A stretch of DNA of 63,745 bases, the filler included, from Choristocarpus tenellus KU-1152 (Eukaryota > Protista > Phaeophyceae): assembly GCA_964200185.2 (NCBI GenBank). It is 11 parts of 11 records of this genome, joined end to end, with 100 filler letters (N's around TTAATTAATTAA, not from the genome) between each part and the next. Parts side by side here need not be neighbours in the genome. Positions count along the whole stretch, not along the records: positions 10,347 to 15,274 come from CAXNAD020012500.1; positions 15,375 to 20,476 come from CAXNAD020011869.1; positions 20,577 to 24,691 come from CAXNAD020016137.1; positions 24,792 to 29,146 come from CAXNAD020014953.1; 7 more parts are not named here. One strand, written 5' to 3'. Made by a program: the position numbers and the translations under genes. This document shows, piece after piece, positions 14,425 through 27,085 of the stretch. The notes beneath the pieces were generated by a model, which searched no databases, was not told the origin of the DNA, and saw nothing but the letters and a program-made list of their open reading frames with translations. How positions within the stretch are numbered: position 1 is the first letter of the stretch; every line of letters starts with the position of its first letter.

Positions 14425-14684
14425 ATTTTTTCCGGAGGCGCACCTCAACCCGAACTTTTAACCGACGGAGTTTCTGACGCTACGTCAAGTTTCTTAAAAA
14501 AAAAAAAGTCGAGAGACACCACAGCTAATATTTTCTCTGTTTTTTTGTCTGTCCTGTCCTGTCCTGTCCTGTCCTGTCTTCCCCGCATCCAATAAAATAG
14601 CCTATGTCGGAAAGCCTGAAAGTAATGGAGGATGCCCTGAGACAGTTCCCAGAGAGCCCGGAGGTGCTGCTGTTTTTTTCGGAG
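10575..14684 (+). CDS. TOM70: Mitochondrial import receptor Tom70 (TPR protein), internal part
   Basis: Exons 10575-10659, 11042-11142, 12200-12265, 13079-13159, 13391-13475 (GC donor), 13716-13780, 14105-14249 and 14601-14684 join in frame. Peptides: LPADWLVRSFFSSY...LALDEYGSYLYLLGDMDGALYAFRRAVDGDP...AEALDANDSNLYLHRGQLHVLANEHSAAVKDLRRSTELCP...EDALRQFPESPEVLLFFSE. These are the characteristic Tom70 TPR motifs (Y.HRGQ; FPE.PEV..FF.E). Confidence 0.85.
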
Positions 14685-15174
14685 GTGAGTGTTCAGAACA
14701 CAGCTCGGCCAGAAGAATTTGTTTGGGAGAGAGAGCATTATTGTGCCACGGCAGCAAGACCTGAGATCACGGTGCACCCTAAGCTAAGAGTCTATCCTAA
14801 GTCTATCCTGTTTACACACTGGCTTTGCCTTCTGTGGAACGCGCCAGATATTGACACAGTTAGGAGACTTCTCCCGAGCGTTGGGTCTCCTGAGACGTGC
14901 AGCTGCTGCAGAGCCTCAGTCTCCACTGCCTTTTGTCAATGCCGCCCGGGCATACCTGGGGATGAATGACTTGATCTCGGCACGCAGGTGATATTATTAT
15001 TGTTGTTATTATTATTATTATTATTATTATTGTTATTATTTGTAGGTGCTTTCGGTACACTAGACCGCTCTTGTTGTGGGTGGGTGAATCAATGCAGGCA
15101 GGGAGAGCAGTTCACTTCTGGTGATGAAGTTATCGTCACGATATATTAGTTTTAGGGTTATTTTTTTTCTTGGT

Positions 15175-15215
<41 letters not shown>

Positions 15216-15378
15216 TTTTTAAAAAATGTTTTTTTTTTGTTGTGTGCCTATTTTTTGAATTTTTTTTTTTTCTTNNNNNNNNNNNNNNNNNNNNNNNNNN
15301 NNNNNNNNNNNNNNNNNNTTAATTAATTAANNNNNNNNNNNNNNNNNNNNNNNNNNNNNNNNNNNNNNNNNNNNATGT

Positions 15379-16509
15379 GTGTCCCCAGACGCCCATTCAG
15401 TGGGCAGTGGCGGCGACGAGTCCAAGGTGCCAGGGAACACCTACAACGATACTGTGGGGCGAAGTGAGAACCACGCCCACGCTCATCCAACCACAACACC
15501 GAGGGGCAAGCCTTCCGTGAAAGGTAACGGAAAGAGGAAAAGGACGATATTTCGGAAGAACATGTTGAGAGAGGACTCTGAAGGCGATGGGGACCGACCC
15601 GATTGGGATGCTTTGTCAGGTCCAGATGAACTTGTACCGGAGGACGTGGGTGGGCGTTCAGACACGGACTCAGAGTCCACGCCTGTCGGGAGTGACCCCA
15701 GAATGTCCCCAAACGCCCATTCGGTGAGCAGCGGCGGCGATGAGTCACAAGTGCCAGGGAACACCTACAACCATACCGTGGGGCAAAGTGAGAACTGCGT
15801 CAATGCCGGTCCTACCCCAACCCCAAGGGACAAGCCTTCCAAGCAGGGTAAAGGAAAGGGGAGAAGGACGCTAATTAGGAAGAAGAGGATGAGAGAAGGT
15901 GCTGGACGGATGAGACCCTTCAAACAGCCTCGTGGTCCTGATGGCAGCGCTTTAGAACCTGGCTTCTTCGCAGACGTCTTTGCTTCTGCCAAAATGGGCA
16001 AATACGCGGTAAATCCGTGTTCATATACATCGAGGTACGACCATGACGACAAAAGGTCATCTCATGGTGATGAGGATTGCGTCACACAGGACGCGGCCGA
16101 CTCCGGCGATGCATCCGATGTGGGGATCACCGAAGCCTTCATGGAGGCGTGCGTTACCGAGCTCCTACGATCAGCAACGAAACCTGCTTCTTCACAGTAT
16201 CGAGTGCAGACTCAAATCCTCACCCAAGTCATAGACGACCATGGGTTCAGGATTATCAAGGCCGGTAAAGGGGCCGATTCTCTTGTTTTCGGGGATGAAT
16301 GCTACGTCCACGCGCCCACACAGGTTAAACTCGGCGATCGTGGAGGGAAGCCAGGCAACACGTTGCGTCCCGAGCTTGTGGAAGCACTCCAGGCGAGGAA
16401 GGCTATCTTCCTGAGCCTCGTGAAGCCCGACCCTTGGAACGCCAGGTACTCCACACGCCTAAATCTATGGCACCTTCTTGTCGAGGCATACTCTAAGCTC
16501 ACAGAGTGA
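15379..16509 (+). CDS. Intronless ORF of 376 aa or more, unknown function, with an internal duplication; probably 5'-truncated by the linker and possibly TE-derived
   Basis: Longest ORF in the window and higher in GC than its flanks. Two copies of a ~60-aa block (SPxAHSVxSGGDESxVPGNTYNxTVGxSEN...KGxGKxxRT) lie 324 nt apart, each ending in an NLS-like basic cluster. No family recognised. Confidence 0.45.
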   Translation: MSPDAHSVGSGGDESKVPGNTYNDTVGRSENHAHAHPTTTPRGKPSVKGNGKRKRTIFRKNMLREDSEGDGDRPDWDALSGPDELVPEDVGGRSDTDSESTPVGSDPRMSPNAHSVSSGGDESQVPGNTYNHTVGQSENCVNAGPTPTPRDKPSKQGKGKGRRTLIRKKRMREGAGRMRPFKQPRGPDGSALEPGFFADVFASAKMGKYAVNPCSYTSRYDHDDKRSSHGDEDCVTQDAADSGDASDVGITEAFMEACVTELLRSATKPASSQYRVQTQILTQVIDDHGFRIIKAGKGADSLVFGDECYVHAPTQVKLGDRGGKPGNTLRPELVEALQARKAIFLSLVKPDPWNARYSTRLNLWHLLVEAYSKLTE

Positions 16510-17787
16510 AGGGAGAAGGGTGACGAATATAATTTTGAGTCCGCCCACCAATTGAAATAGGGCTTCGGTCGTTTCGGTTTTTTGTTGAAGTATGGGTAGG
16601 GTTACAGGTACACTGATTTATACATCAGTGCACCTTGCCTTGGTGTCCGACTACCATGATCATGCACTTTCCATTCCATGAGTTATGCATTTAGGTAGTG
16701 GTATCGGATGCATTGCTACCAGTTAGAGTCGTCAGCGCATCATATATCATGCAGACGTTGAGGATTAGATCAGTATTATTATTTGTTTAAAAGAGCGTGT
16801 CTGCTACAAGGTTTAGACAACTAAAATATAATACATCAATCAAACAACCCTTCTCTGTCTGCTCAGCTAACCTTTCCAAACAATTCGCCAGGGCCTGCGA
16901 TATCTGGATATCTTGTCTTTCTCAAAGCCGCTATTTATTCCTTGAACACTGTAATGCACCTCCCCCCTTCTTCTCAATACTCTATGCATCATCTCATGCT
17001 TTGTCCAAGTGTCGACAAACTTGAACCGATCTCGTCCTCCTTCGAATCTTCTAGGATCATATACCGAAGTCCACGCAGGATGCTCCTAAGCACAGCACCA
17101 ACCCAGGACCTCTGCAAGTGCACCTTGAACTACTTTCAGAGAAACGTACGACAATAGACCTTGATTAATAACCACTCGTATACACCTCCATAATACACTA
17201 ACCCGAAAACAAAACCTGACCCTTTCCCCTTCCTTCATACCAACAACTTCAACCCTAACACCTTCAGCGACAACCACGTCTTATTACACACTAAATCCAA
17301 CACATGCACGCAAATAAACGAAGTATTACATATAAACTGTACATGATATATATGTTTTGGTTCCTCGTGCACACACGCCGGTTTCTCAGACCAAACTGAC
17401 AGTCCTCTTTGTGTACACACCAGACACGACTCATGCAAGCAAATAAACGAAAAACATAACCTCGCAACAGCCCGTATTCTTTTTTTCAATTCCTCATCCA
17501 ACAGTGGGAAAACACCCTAACCTACAGCCCTCGTTACATGCTGAACAAATCCCACACTTGCGACCAAACAAACCAATATCCAGCCCTGAAACAACCTAAC
17601 CCTAACCCTAACCCTTCATCGTAACTGCACGACCAACATACATAAACCAATCACCCTGTTTGAACAGACTCGAAATCCGACACATGCAAACGTCGAAACT
17701 CCTAACCAAACCCAAATAAATGGTGGGATATATTCCCACCATTCTTGCGTACGCAAGGACAGAAAGGAACCTAACTAACAGTCTTCT

Positions 17788-17898
17788 TCTTTTTGCTGAC
17801 ATTTCAAATCCGACACGTCTACTAAATCACACCAAAAAGTGACAATCGGAAAAAGGGTGAAAAACGGACGCCAGCACCCCCCCCAGATACTTTGACCC
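17788..17898. mobile_element. MITE family A copy (reverse orientation)
   Basis: Reverse complement of 10110-10225, ending CCCCCCCCAGATACTTTGACCC. Confidence 0.8.
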
Positions 17899-19294
17899 CA
17901 TTTAGACTCTATTGTTCCAACTGCAGCACATTCTCTAAGCAAATATTTTTTTCCTTTAGCCAAACCTTTTGCCCGTCTGGAAATGCTGATAACGCAAGTT
18001 GGCGCCTGTGTGTGACTGATCGAGCTGGCGTTTGCTTCTGCACCTGAAAAGCGATGGTCATAATGCAGGAGAGCATCAACAGACGATGAGAGCGAGCATG
18101 CAAATAGAACTTGAACCTACCCAACAAAAACTGTATACATCAAGAGCACACAACAGTAAAGCGATCAGCACCCCCATGCAGAGCCTCAAGGCCATCCCCT
18201 CATTGGAGAAAAACCCTAAAGTCATGATCTGGAGCACTGGCGTCTCCTAGGTCACATATACTACTAGTACACATATACCACTAGTAGTAAGCCGAGCAGC
18301 GATCTCTTTCATACATCAAGGTCATTTTTTATTAGAGAGAGACCTTGGAGCTATGGTCTTGATCGCTGGCCTCTCAGACGCCATTGAAGCAATGGGACCT
18401 TGCGCGAGTATCTTCACTCATGGTCGCAACGTCGTTCCTAGGTAAGGATGTGACGTCTGAAGCCACAGATGCCATAAAGCAGGGCCTTTTCCCCCCACTG
18501 GGAAGAGACAGGGAACAGATTCACAAGATAAATATAACCCTATGTAGGTTGGATCGAATATTTCCCAAGGAGTCCACAAATGTCACATTTGTTGAGGTGA
18601 GGTTTTTTCCACCTCTCAACAGAGAAGACACTACACACGTTTGGTAGGCCTCCATGTTTAAAACGCTGTGGTCTCACACCCAAAATACAGGTTGGGTAGT
18701 AGCCTCATTCCTCAAACCTATAGGTAGATGATGGGACTAGATAACCTTTCCATGACAAATTGTCAATCGAATACCCTGTACTTTTCACATTGATTATAGA
18801 CTTATGGTTTGGTCAAGTATACAAACAGGCTAAGACATTGGACATGAGTATGTCCTCATAATGACAACAAACTAAAATATCACAATCCCCATACACAAAA
18901 TGTAGGACTTCAAGTTCATAATGCCGCATAATGAAACCACCACTGAGACCCATTGCCTGTAATACGAACATACAAACAAGCATCAGAAACGCCTCTAGAA
19001 GCGCGTAAGGCCTCTAGAAGTTGGGTGGCCCATAGTGTGCCCTGGTACTCTGAAGGCGGTGGGGGTGAGTACCTACACTAGGATGACGTTAACCCATCTG
19101 CCAGCTATATGATATTATGCCTTTCCTCGTGTGGAGGACGATGATAGCGAGGAAGGCGAAATGTTCAGATACATGACGAAGAGCCAAACTTGACTCTGGT
19201 GGATCTGATCAATGACCAGCAGAAAGAAAATCACCTGAAGGAGTGGAAATGAGCGAAAACCTTGGACTTCAGGGCTGAGCCAAAGCACTAAGGA

Positions 19295-19560
19295 TAGTAG
19301 AAGTTTTTCCCCGTCTGTCTGCTTGGGGCTTGGCTTCCCACGTGTTTTTTACGACAATTTTCTACTTCGAAACGTTTCGGAGTAGGTAAAATGTATACGT
19401 TTTGGACTAAGTATAATGTGTAAGACTATGAGAAGATGTGTCCAGAACAAGGATATCGACGCTTACCAACAAACACGATAGCCAAAATTGCATCAAAATG
19501 GCAACATTGGATTTTGAACCCCAATCGGATACAGCTCTACCCTCGAAGATGCTTTGACTC
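19295..19560. mobile_element. Older MITE family C copy
   Basis: Shares TTGGGGCTTGGCTTCCCAC, CCAGAACAAGGATAT, AACAAACACGATAGCCAAAA and GCAACATTGGA with the other family C copies, and ends CTCTACCCTCGAAGATGCTTTGACTC. Confidence 0.7.
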
Positions 19561-20437
19561 CCTGGAATGTTTTAGAGTGCTTACGTAAGGGGGAGAAAGA
19601 TGACTCTTCCTGAGCAGATACCAAATTGAATTATTTAAGTCAATGACCGAAACAAGAAGATATATCCATAGGTCCAAACCTGGTCACAGGCAAGTTTTTG
19701 TGAATTGTAGAGGATCAGGAAGAAGAACGATGAGTAGACATCAGGTAGGGTCATCCTAGGTTGTTTTGTTTCAGCGTTTTAAACGGTATAATTCTTCTCC
19801 CAGGTTAGTCGCCAACTGATCTGTAAAACTTCTGTTATCCCCCATCTTGGAAATCGATTGTCAACGGAGCGGTATGACACTACTTTTTACCCCAAATGCT
19901 ACAGTAATTCCACACATACCGTGAATTCACACTTCCATCGTCGTCGATATATTTTTATTTCATTATCATACTTTCTTACATTTTGTTAATGTCTCAGGGG
20001 AAAAGACAATGAAAACCATTCAAATGTCAGAACAACCCCTGAAAAAGTAACACTTGTCGGAAATGTGAAAAACGTTTTTTCCTATTATCTATTATACTAT
20101 TTTACTACCACCTATGCTACACCTCTGCCCTACTGCGCCTTCAGACCATCTTAGCCTTGCACCCCAGGGTGAGAAGGTAGGGAAGCATCCTAAGAATATA
20201 TCAAGTCCCTCCTTGCCCATCTCCCTGGTGTCTCCAGCTTAAAACGCATGACACGTCTAGATAGAGTTTCTTATGTTATGACAGACACTATTTGTCGTAG
20301 ACGGGATTTGACAGTCCCTTTCCTGCTGTAGCCTCCAGCTCCTCTCCCCCCTACTGCGTGCGCAGTCAAATCATCCAGAAAACTCTCTGCTTGCTTACCG
20401 AGGCGCCCAAAACTTTCCACTGCGAAGGTGTTGAGGT

Positions 20438-20476
20438 TACCCAAAGTATCTGGGGGGGGGGGGGGGGTCTACACTA
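20438..20476. mobile_element. MITE family B end, truncated by linker
   Basis: CCCAAAGTATCTG(n)TCTACAC is the reverse complement of the family B right end. Confidence 0.7.
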
Positions 20477-20727
20477 NNNNNNNNNNNNNNNNNNNNNNNN
20501 NNNNNNNNNNNNNNNNNNNNTTAATTAATTAANNNNNNNNNNNNNNNNNNNNNNNNNNNNNNNNNNNNNNNNNNNNGGTCCCCTCCTGCTTCTTTTACTC
20601 AACTTTTTTTCCATGTTGTCCCTCTTAGCCGTGTATGAAGACTGAACCCCCCCCCCCCCCTCCCCCTCCCCCTCCCCCCTGTCCTCATTTCCTGATCTTG
20701 CCCCACTTTTTTGTGCCCTGCCAAAAG

Positions 20728-21782
20728 GACAACACACTGACTGCTCCTTATTTAGATGTTGTTCATCCCTTGGTGAAGGATGGACTGGTGTCTTGTGTCA
20801 AGGAGTTTGGGGATAGGGTGTGCATTATGTCCAACTCGGCAGGGACAAGGTCAGCTGATCTGAAGTGTGGAGAGGATAGTAAAATCATGTTGCAAACACG
20901 ATGCTAATGTTGCAAGTATATATATATATATATATATGCACAGTTTATGCATACATGTGCACGCTCTGATCTTACAGGAGATTAGTACCGACACGCATTC
21001 CTACACGTGCAGCTGCTTCTTGTTCCAGAAAGTTCTACTTTTATGTTGTGGAGTTATGTCCGCTGTTTTATCCTGGGTAAAGTTCTCAGTGATCAGGGCG
21101 GCTTTGTGACCTCGAGGAAGACGCACACAATTGACCAAACCCTCGGAGCATTGACGGCAAGAGTATGGTCACCTGGTAGGGCGTTTCAGAACCCGCTTTT
21201 TTTTCTTTTTTTTCTTTTTTTTACTCCCTCTGGGGACTACCGTTTCCACGGGGGACGCCCTCACAACTATAAGATAAAATAAAATGCTTGGAAAGGACTT
21301 TACTATTGAGAGAAAAGGACTGTCGCGCCGTGCTTCGATCGCCCTCCGCCGCCGCTGCACTGGTACTTTGTTGGCACACGCAGGGATGACCCTGGTCATG
21401 TGGACGCAGACCGGATAGAGGCAGCCCTGGGCATCCAGGTGATTCGACACGAGGAGAAGAAGCCGGGAGGGATTGAGGATGTTCTAGACTTCTTCTCGGA
21501 TCGAGAGGGCAGCAAGGTGCCCCCCTGCGTTTTTTCTGCGTGGATGTGCAGACGTGGATGTTTTGAATACATTGTTGAGTGCGTTCGTTCTGTGGTCGTT
21601 TTGAATACATACATACACACACATCTATATATATATATATGTTATCGTGTCCATTTTTTTTTTTTTTGGATGCTCTTTTTTTTTTTTTTTTTTTTCTTTC
21701 ACTATTTTCTTCTCCGTTACCACCCCCGAACTGTGTATAGATTTGGAAGCCAACCTCCCTAACACCGTNNNNNNNTGGTTTT

Positions 21783-21836
<54 letters not shown>

Positions 21837-22510
21837 CGTGTCCTTTTTTTTTTTTTTTGGATGCTCTTTTTTTTTTTTTTTTTCTCCTTACAGTAGTTCC
21901 ATCCTCGATACCACGCCGTAACTGTGAATGCTTCTTTTTCATCTCCTGAGAGAGTGTTGGGCGGTGGGAGTGTAGTATTTGTGTGTGTGTGTGTGTATGT
22001 GTGTATGTGTGTATGTGTGTGTTTTGTGCTTGAGGGCACATCAGCTTGATCAGTGTATGTGCAGTCATCGCTCTGAAAGGAAAAGTTCTATTTTTTTGTG
22101 TTCTTTCTTGAATTCCTTTTTTTTTTGTCTTTGAGTAAAGTAATACTGGATCTTCCTCGCGATGCTTGTTATTTATAGATGCGATAAAGAGCAGCAACAA
22201 AATCACCTTGAGAGCTCTACTCCTCCCACTTCCCCCAAAACATTCCACAACACTACATACATACATATATATTCGCATAAGTGCATAAATAAATACATAC
22301 ATACATATATATATTATATATAGAAAATAAAAAAAGAAACTCATCAACCATGTCCAGGTGAAGGCTGAAGAGCTATGCATAGTGGGTGATCGCCTCTTGA
22401 CAGATGTGGTCTTTGGCAACCTACACGGGATGTTCACGGTACACACCAGTCCTTTGACCTTGGAGGGAGACAACAAGCCTGCTATAGTGTCTCGGTACAT
22501 CGAGAGGAAG
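20728..22510 (+). CDS. HAD-IIIA phosphatidylglycerophosphate phosphatase (GEP4/PGPP1/YqeG family), partial
   Basis: Exons 20728-20849, 21384-21516 and 22358-22510 join in frame: DNTLTAPY...RVCIMSNSAGTR-DDPGHVDADRIEAALGIQVIRHEEKKPGG...-VKAEELCIVGDRLLTDVVFGNLHGMFTVHT. Family motifs present are (DxD)NT, SNSAG, HxxKKP and GDRLLTDV. The upstream exon(s) are lost at the linker. Confidence 0.88.
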
Positions 22511-24223
22511 GTTAGTTGCAGGTTGAAAGAGAAAGGTTTGAGTTATCTCCTCTCTCTCTCTCTCTCTTTGTACTGTACCCTTAAAATGCTGTTTCTACTA
22601 TGTTTTGTACTAACTATACCCTTATAAGTACTGTTTCTGTTTTGTTTTGTACTGTACCCTTAAAAAAGATTTATATCTCTTAGCAAACAGGGCAAAGCAG
22701 TTTTGGATGACTTATTGAATCTTATGGCAGGTGGTTGGATCACAGGAGGGTGTTAAGCTGTCCTTGACGATCTGTTGTCTCACACAACCAGTTATATTAT
22801 TGTTTATTAGCTTGTATCACAGTTGAGAGTGAGACACCATCACTAGACGGGGCTCACTAAGCCTTACAGTAAATGACTCAGAATATCAAATGACTCAACA
22901 GTTCTCTAGCACACGTCAAAAACACTCCAACTCTTAAGCTTCCGCCGATTACTTCTGGTCAAATAATACCCTAACCCTAAATATCCTTTTAACGTCCCGC
23001 ACCATCGTCTGTACGTACATAAAATATCACATCGAATCTTATTCTCACAAATGGTCAAGCATAATCTTGACAGAGGGACTTCGACTCTTGCCAGCATTCC
23101 AGGACCTACTACCAGTGTAGTTGTAGTAGATTCACAGCTCTGTGGCTGAAGCCTCCTGCTCTGTAGCGCACACTACCCAACAGTGCAACCCCCGGACTTT
23201 GATGACAATCTGTCCCACGCGCACTTTGTTCTCTTGTGGCAGGTGTTCATGAGCCTCCTCCATAGGAGGTTTGCAGTGGCTCCGATCGACCATCCCCTGT
23301 GCCCTGAGGGTGCCTCAGTCCTTCTTCGTGAGGGGGGTTTGGCGAGCAAGTGATCCAACACTTCGGTTCTTATGGCGGTATAAGGAGTGATGTGACAGGT
23401 TGATCCCAGAATGGAGGGCATGCCTTGTATTTCACTAGGGGTATATGTACAACAATAATGACTATAAATTTGTGGATGAGCCGGTACCACTTGGAAGAGT
23501 TTCCTGCCCCCCCCCCCTGCCGAGCAGGGGGGGTGTGGAGGGTGGGTGGGTGGTGCAATCATGTCCTGTGTAAAAAGAACAAAATAGAATAATGTTATTT
23601 GGCAATACTATTGTTGTTTGACTACTCCAGGGTGGTGTTGTTGTAACCTGACCGGTATTATGGAACCTTGTAGAGCAAGGGCTAGGGTTGGCCTAGATTG
23701 AGTTTCGAGATTGTGTAGTAGTCTGTGCACTATTGCTATTATGATAGAAGAGGATTGGAGGTTGATCGTGCGTTTTGCCTTTCTTATTCTTTTTTGATGA
23801 TGTGCACTCTGTCGTCCCATTGATTCATAGGTAAGACGGGTTTTTTTTAGTGTTAGAGCATAATTATAATAGTTTGAAGTATAGGTTAGTACGAAGTGAG
23901 CAGTTGGAAGTTTTGAATCAATTAATCAGACTGAATGACTACTGCCTACTATGGCCTTCCTTTCCTTCCCAGCCAAAGATGTTCCAATGAGCACCCTCTG
24001 GATGTTATCAGTATCCCGTGGTGAAGCAGTGTCTTTGGCGCATCAGTGCTTGGGATGTGTGATGAAGTGGTCCTTGTCATTGGGATGTGGCTGTATGGTG
24101 CGATAATGGTGTGATAATGGAGTACTTGCAGGTGCCCATGCCGGTGGGTATCCTAGCCAAAGTAGAGAGAGGCTCAAGTGAAACGAACTGGTTTGTCTAT
24201 GATAACATTTGTTAACCATCGGT

Positions 24224-24509
24224 GACCCAAAGTAAACGAGACGTACCCAGGTTTTGACCATTTTTGCATTTTAAAACAGTTTTTCAATCTTTTGCATTTC
24301 ATCCATATTTTTATTATTTCTATTGGATGGAGCGCTGAGTTTGACTGGAGAGGATTGATTTCTCTATTATTATTTTAAGCTTTTTGACACTTGTTCAGAG
24401 AATAAATATATTCTGTACACATTCGTAAAAAAAAACGAAGACGAATCTTGCGCATGTTTGCCGGCATGCTTAAAATTCTACTCTTGATACCTATCATTTA
24501 CTTCGATCC
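24224..24509. mobile_element. AT-rich MITE family E
   Basis: Ends are GACCCAAAGTAAA ... TTTACTTCGATCC. The left ~120 bp recurs in reverse at ~50140-50261 (GAGCCAAAGTAAA end). Confidence 0.55.
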
Positions 24510-26929
24510 AATGGTGCAGTGACGTACTAGACATACAGCAGTGGGTAGGGTGGCTCGATTCCTATTCCAATAGGTTGTGGGTGGGTGGGTGGGTGTGGAG
24601 GGATTCAAAAACGGTAGGTATGTCAAAGGTGCACAAGAATTCAACTTGAGGATCCTAACACCCCTTCCCCTCTACCCCCTGTGGGCGCTAGNNNNNNNNN
24701 NNNNNNNNNNNNNNNNNNNNNNNNNNNNNNNNNNNTTAATTAATTAANNNNNNNNNNNNNNNNNNNNNNNNNNNNNNNNNNNNNNNNNNNNCCCCCCCCC
24801 AGATACTTTGATCCTGAACGCTTGCATTCCCTTCACATTATCCACACTGTGGTAGAAAACAGTGCTTGGTAATGGTTGTTTAGTGGTCTCTTATTTCAAC
24901 CAAAGAGCCGCAAAATACATTATGTCGATGTAGATGATTTTCAGATGCGATTAAGGCCAAAGAACTGCCGGCCTTGTTCAATAGTAGGAAGGACAGGAAA
25001 AACAAATGTAACATTATTGACCAACGATGAGGAGGTAGGTATTCTTTTTAATTATTGTATTGTTTTCAACCCTGAAAAACAACGAATTTGGCTGTGGCAC
25101 GATGGCAGTTGACCAATCAACACCGATCAAAACTCCCCGTTTAACCAATCAGAAAGATTGGTGCAGGAAAACCTGCTGCCTATAATTTTTTTTTTAGAAC
25201 CCTTCTCATAGACACTTCTTGGCAAACAAAACTGGGATACTGATCTAATAACAAGGTATGCGCTCCCCACTCTGAGCTAACGTTTTGATGTTACTAGTCG
25301 ATGAAGATGCTCTGGCATGGCGAACAGCTACAACCAAAATGTCAACAACTGCAGGGGAGTTGCGACAAATCTTGAAAGCAAGAGATAGAGAGAGAGAGAG
25401 AGATAGGAATACAGCGTAGGCAGTTCACGTTCACAACAATAAGCACTCAATCATTTTCCCGGAAAGGGCAACTTGGTCTGTCTGTAAAACAGAAGAGCAA
25501 CAAAAAAAAAAAATGTTGAAAGATTAACTTCTCTGATTACCACTACTACTCAAGGGTTGAACATATAAGTGTCCCTTACTTGGTGTGTCTGTCTCACCCA
25601 CTCAGTCGATTGGAGCATCATACAACCGCAGTCCAATCACATACAGCTACTGCACACCCATGCCTAAATGAGCTAACACGACTATTGAGCTCACATACTT
25701 CCTTTGCAATACAACACACACACACACCTCCTTGCAAAAATCTTACACGGACTGATGCGCAGTCAAACAATATTCTGAGCAAAAAAGGCTACACGGAACA
25801 ACAATTCCCGTAGTGAGTGTCTCTCTATTGTCCGGGGTACAGCGAGGGGCACACACAGAGCATCCCTTCCTCGCAGTGGGTTGGATTTATCTTTCATTAT
25901 TGAGCCTTCCGATAATCAGGGTACCAAATATAGCCAAAGAATATTCAGGCCAGTGGGTTTGAGGCCAAAATGGGGAGATTTCCGCCAACCACGTATTGGA
26001 GATTTCGGTGGATTGGCATGACATCAATTTGTATCGCTAATATACATGTGTATGTACCGATGACATTATGTAATATTGGGTACATATCGTCTCCTTCTTG
26101 AGGGGTACACAGTGTGCCTCCAAAGCAACAGCCCCACAACCGATACAGATAGCAAAGAGTGTATCGCTTTGTCCCTTGATCCCAGGTAGTAGGGGATATG
26201 GGGTATGTATGAGGCACGCTTTGAGTGCTGCTTGCATCCAGAACACAAGCTCGAATTGGTTTTGTAATAAATAGATATCTGCGTCGAGTGGACTGAATGA
26301 AACAATGATCCCAAACCAGGAGATTTTTCTTTCCCCTTTCTATTATTGTTGTTTTCATGGACTACATGCTGAAAATCCCCAATTTTCTGGAGGTGAAGAA
26401 ATTGGACATATTTGAGTAACACACACACACATACATACAAAAAAATAAATACTACTGTATTAAAAAAAACACACACACACACGTCTTCTTTTCTTTTTAA
26501 TAAGATAGACTGTGCTATAACCGCCCCTAAGGCAAACAACACATATCCAATTGTTGTGTGTACTAGTCTCAAGTACGCGCTCCTATAAAGTTGGAGTGAT
26601 TAGTGCGTTGACTGCAGTGACCTTTCTACAACACCTAGTTCCGAATCACCTCAGTACAAATATCACCAGACCTCCTGCAATTAATAACTACACCTGTGCT
26701 ATTGTGCAAAAGCAGCAGCGGCAGCTACTGCTGCAAGATTCTACCATACACCCCTCCAAAACCCTTCCTCATGCCCCCCCTGTCTCACCTAGCTCCTGGT
26801 AAAGACCCTCCATACTCTTTGGCAGGTCCCAGTGAAAATCCCAGAAAAAATCTGGACATGGAAGTTGGAGTAATGGAGAAGAGGGGAGGAAACGATAAGG
26901 GTATCACAAGCTGAGTACACGATAATGAT

Positions 26930-27085
26930 AAGATCAATAGAAATAATATCAATAGAAATAGTATTAATGGTAATAATGGTATCAATAGCAATAATACCAA
27001 TGGTAATAATATCATTAGCAATATTATCAGTGGTAATAATATCATTAGCAATATTATCAGTGGTAATAATATCAATAGTATTAAC
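26930..27085. repeat. AAT-rich minisatellite with a 30-bp unit
   Basis: TGGTAATAATATCATTAGCAATATTATCAG occurs twice perfectly (27001-27060), plus degenerate flanking copies. Confidence 0.8.

Noticed and set aside
21221-22500. Long poly-Lys and poly-Phe ORFs
   Set aside because: They are translations of an intronic poly-T/microsatellite tract that contains an N gap.
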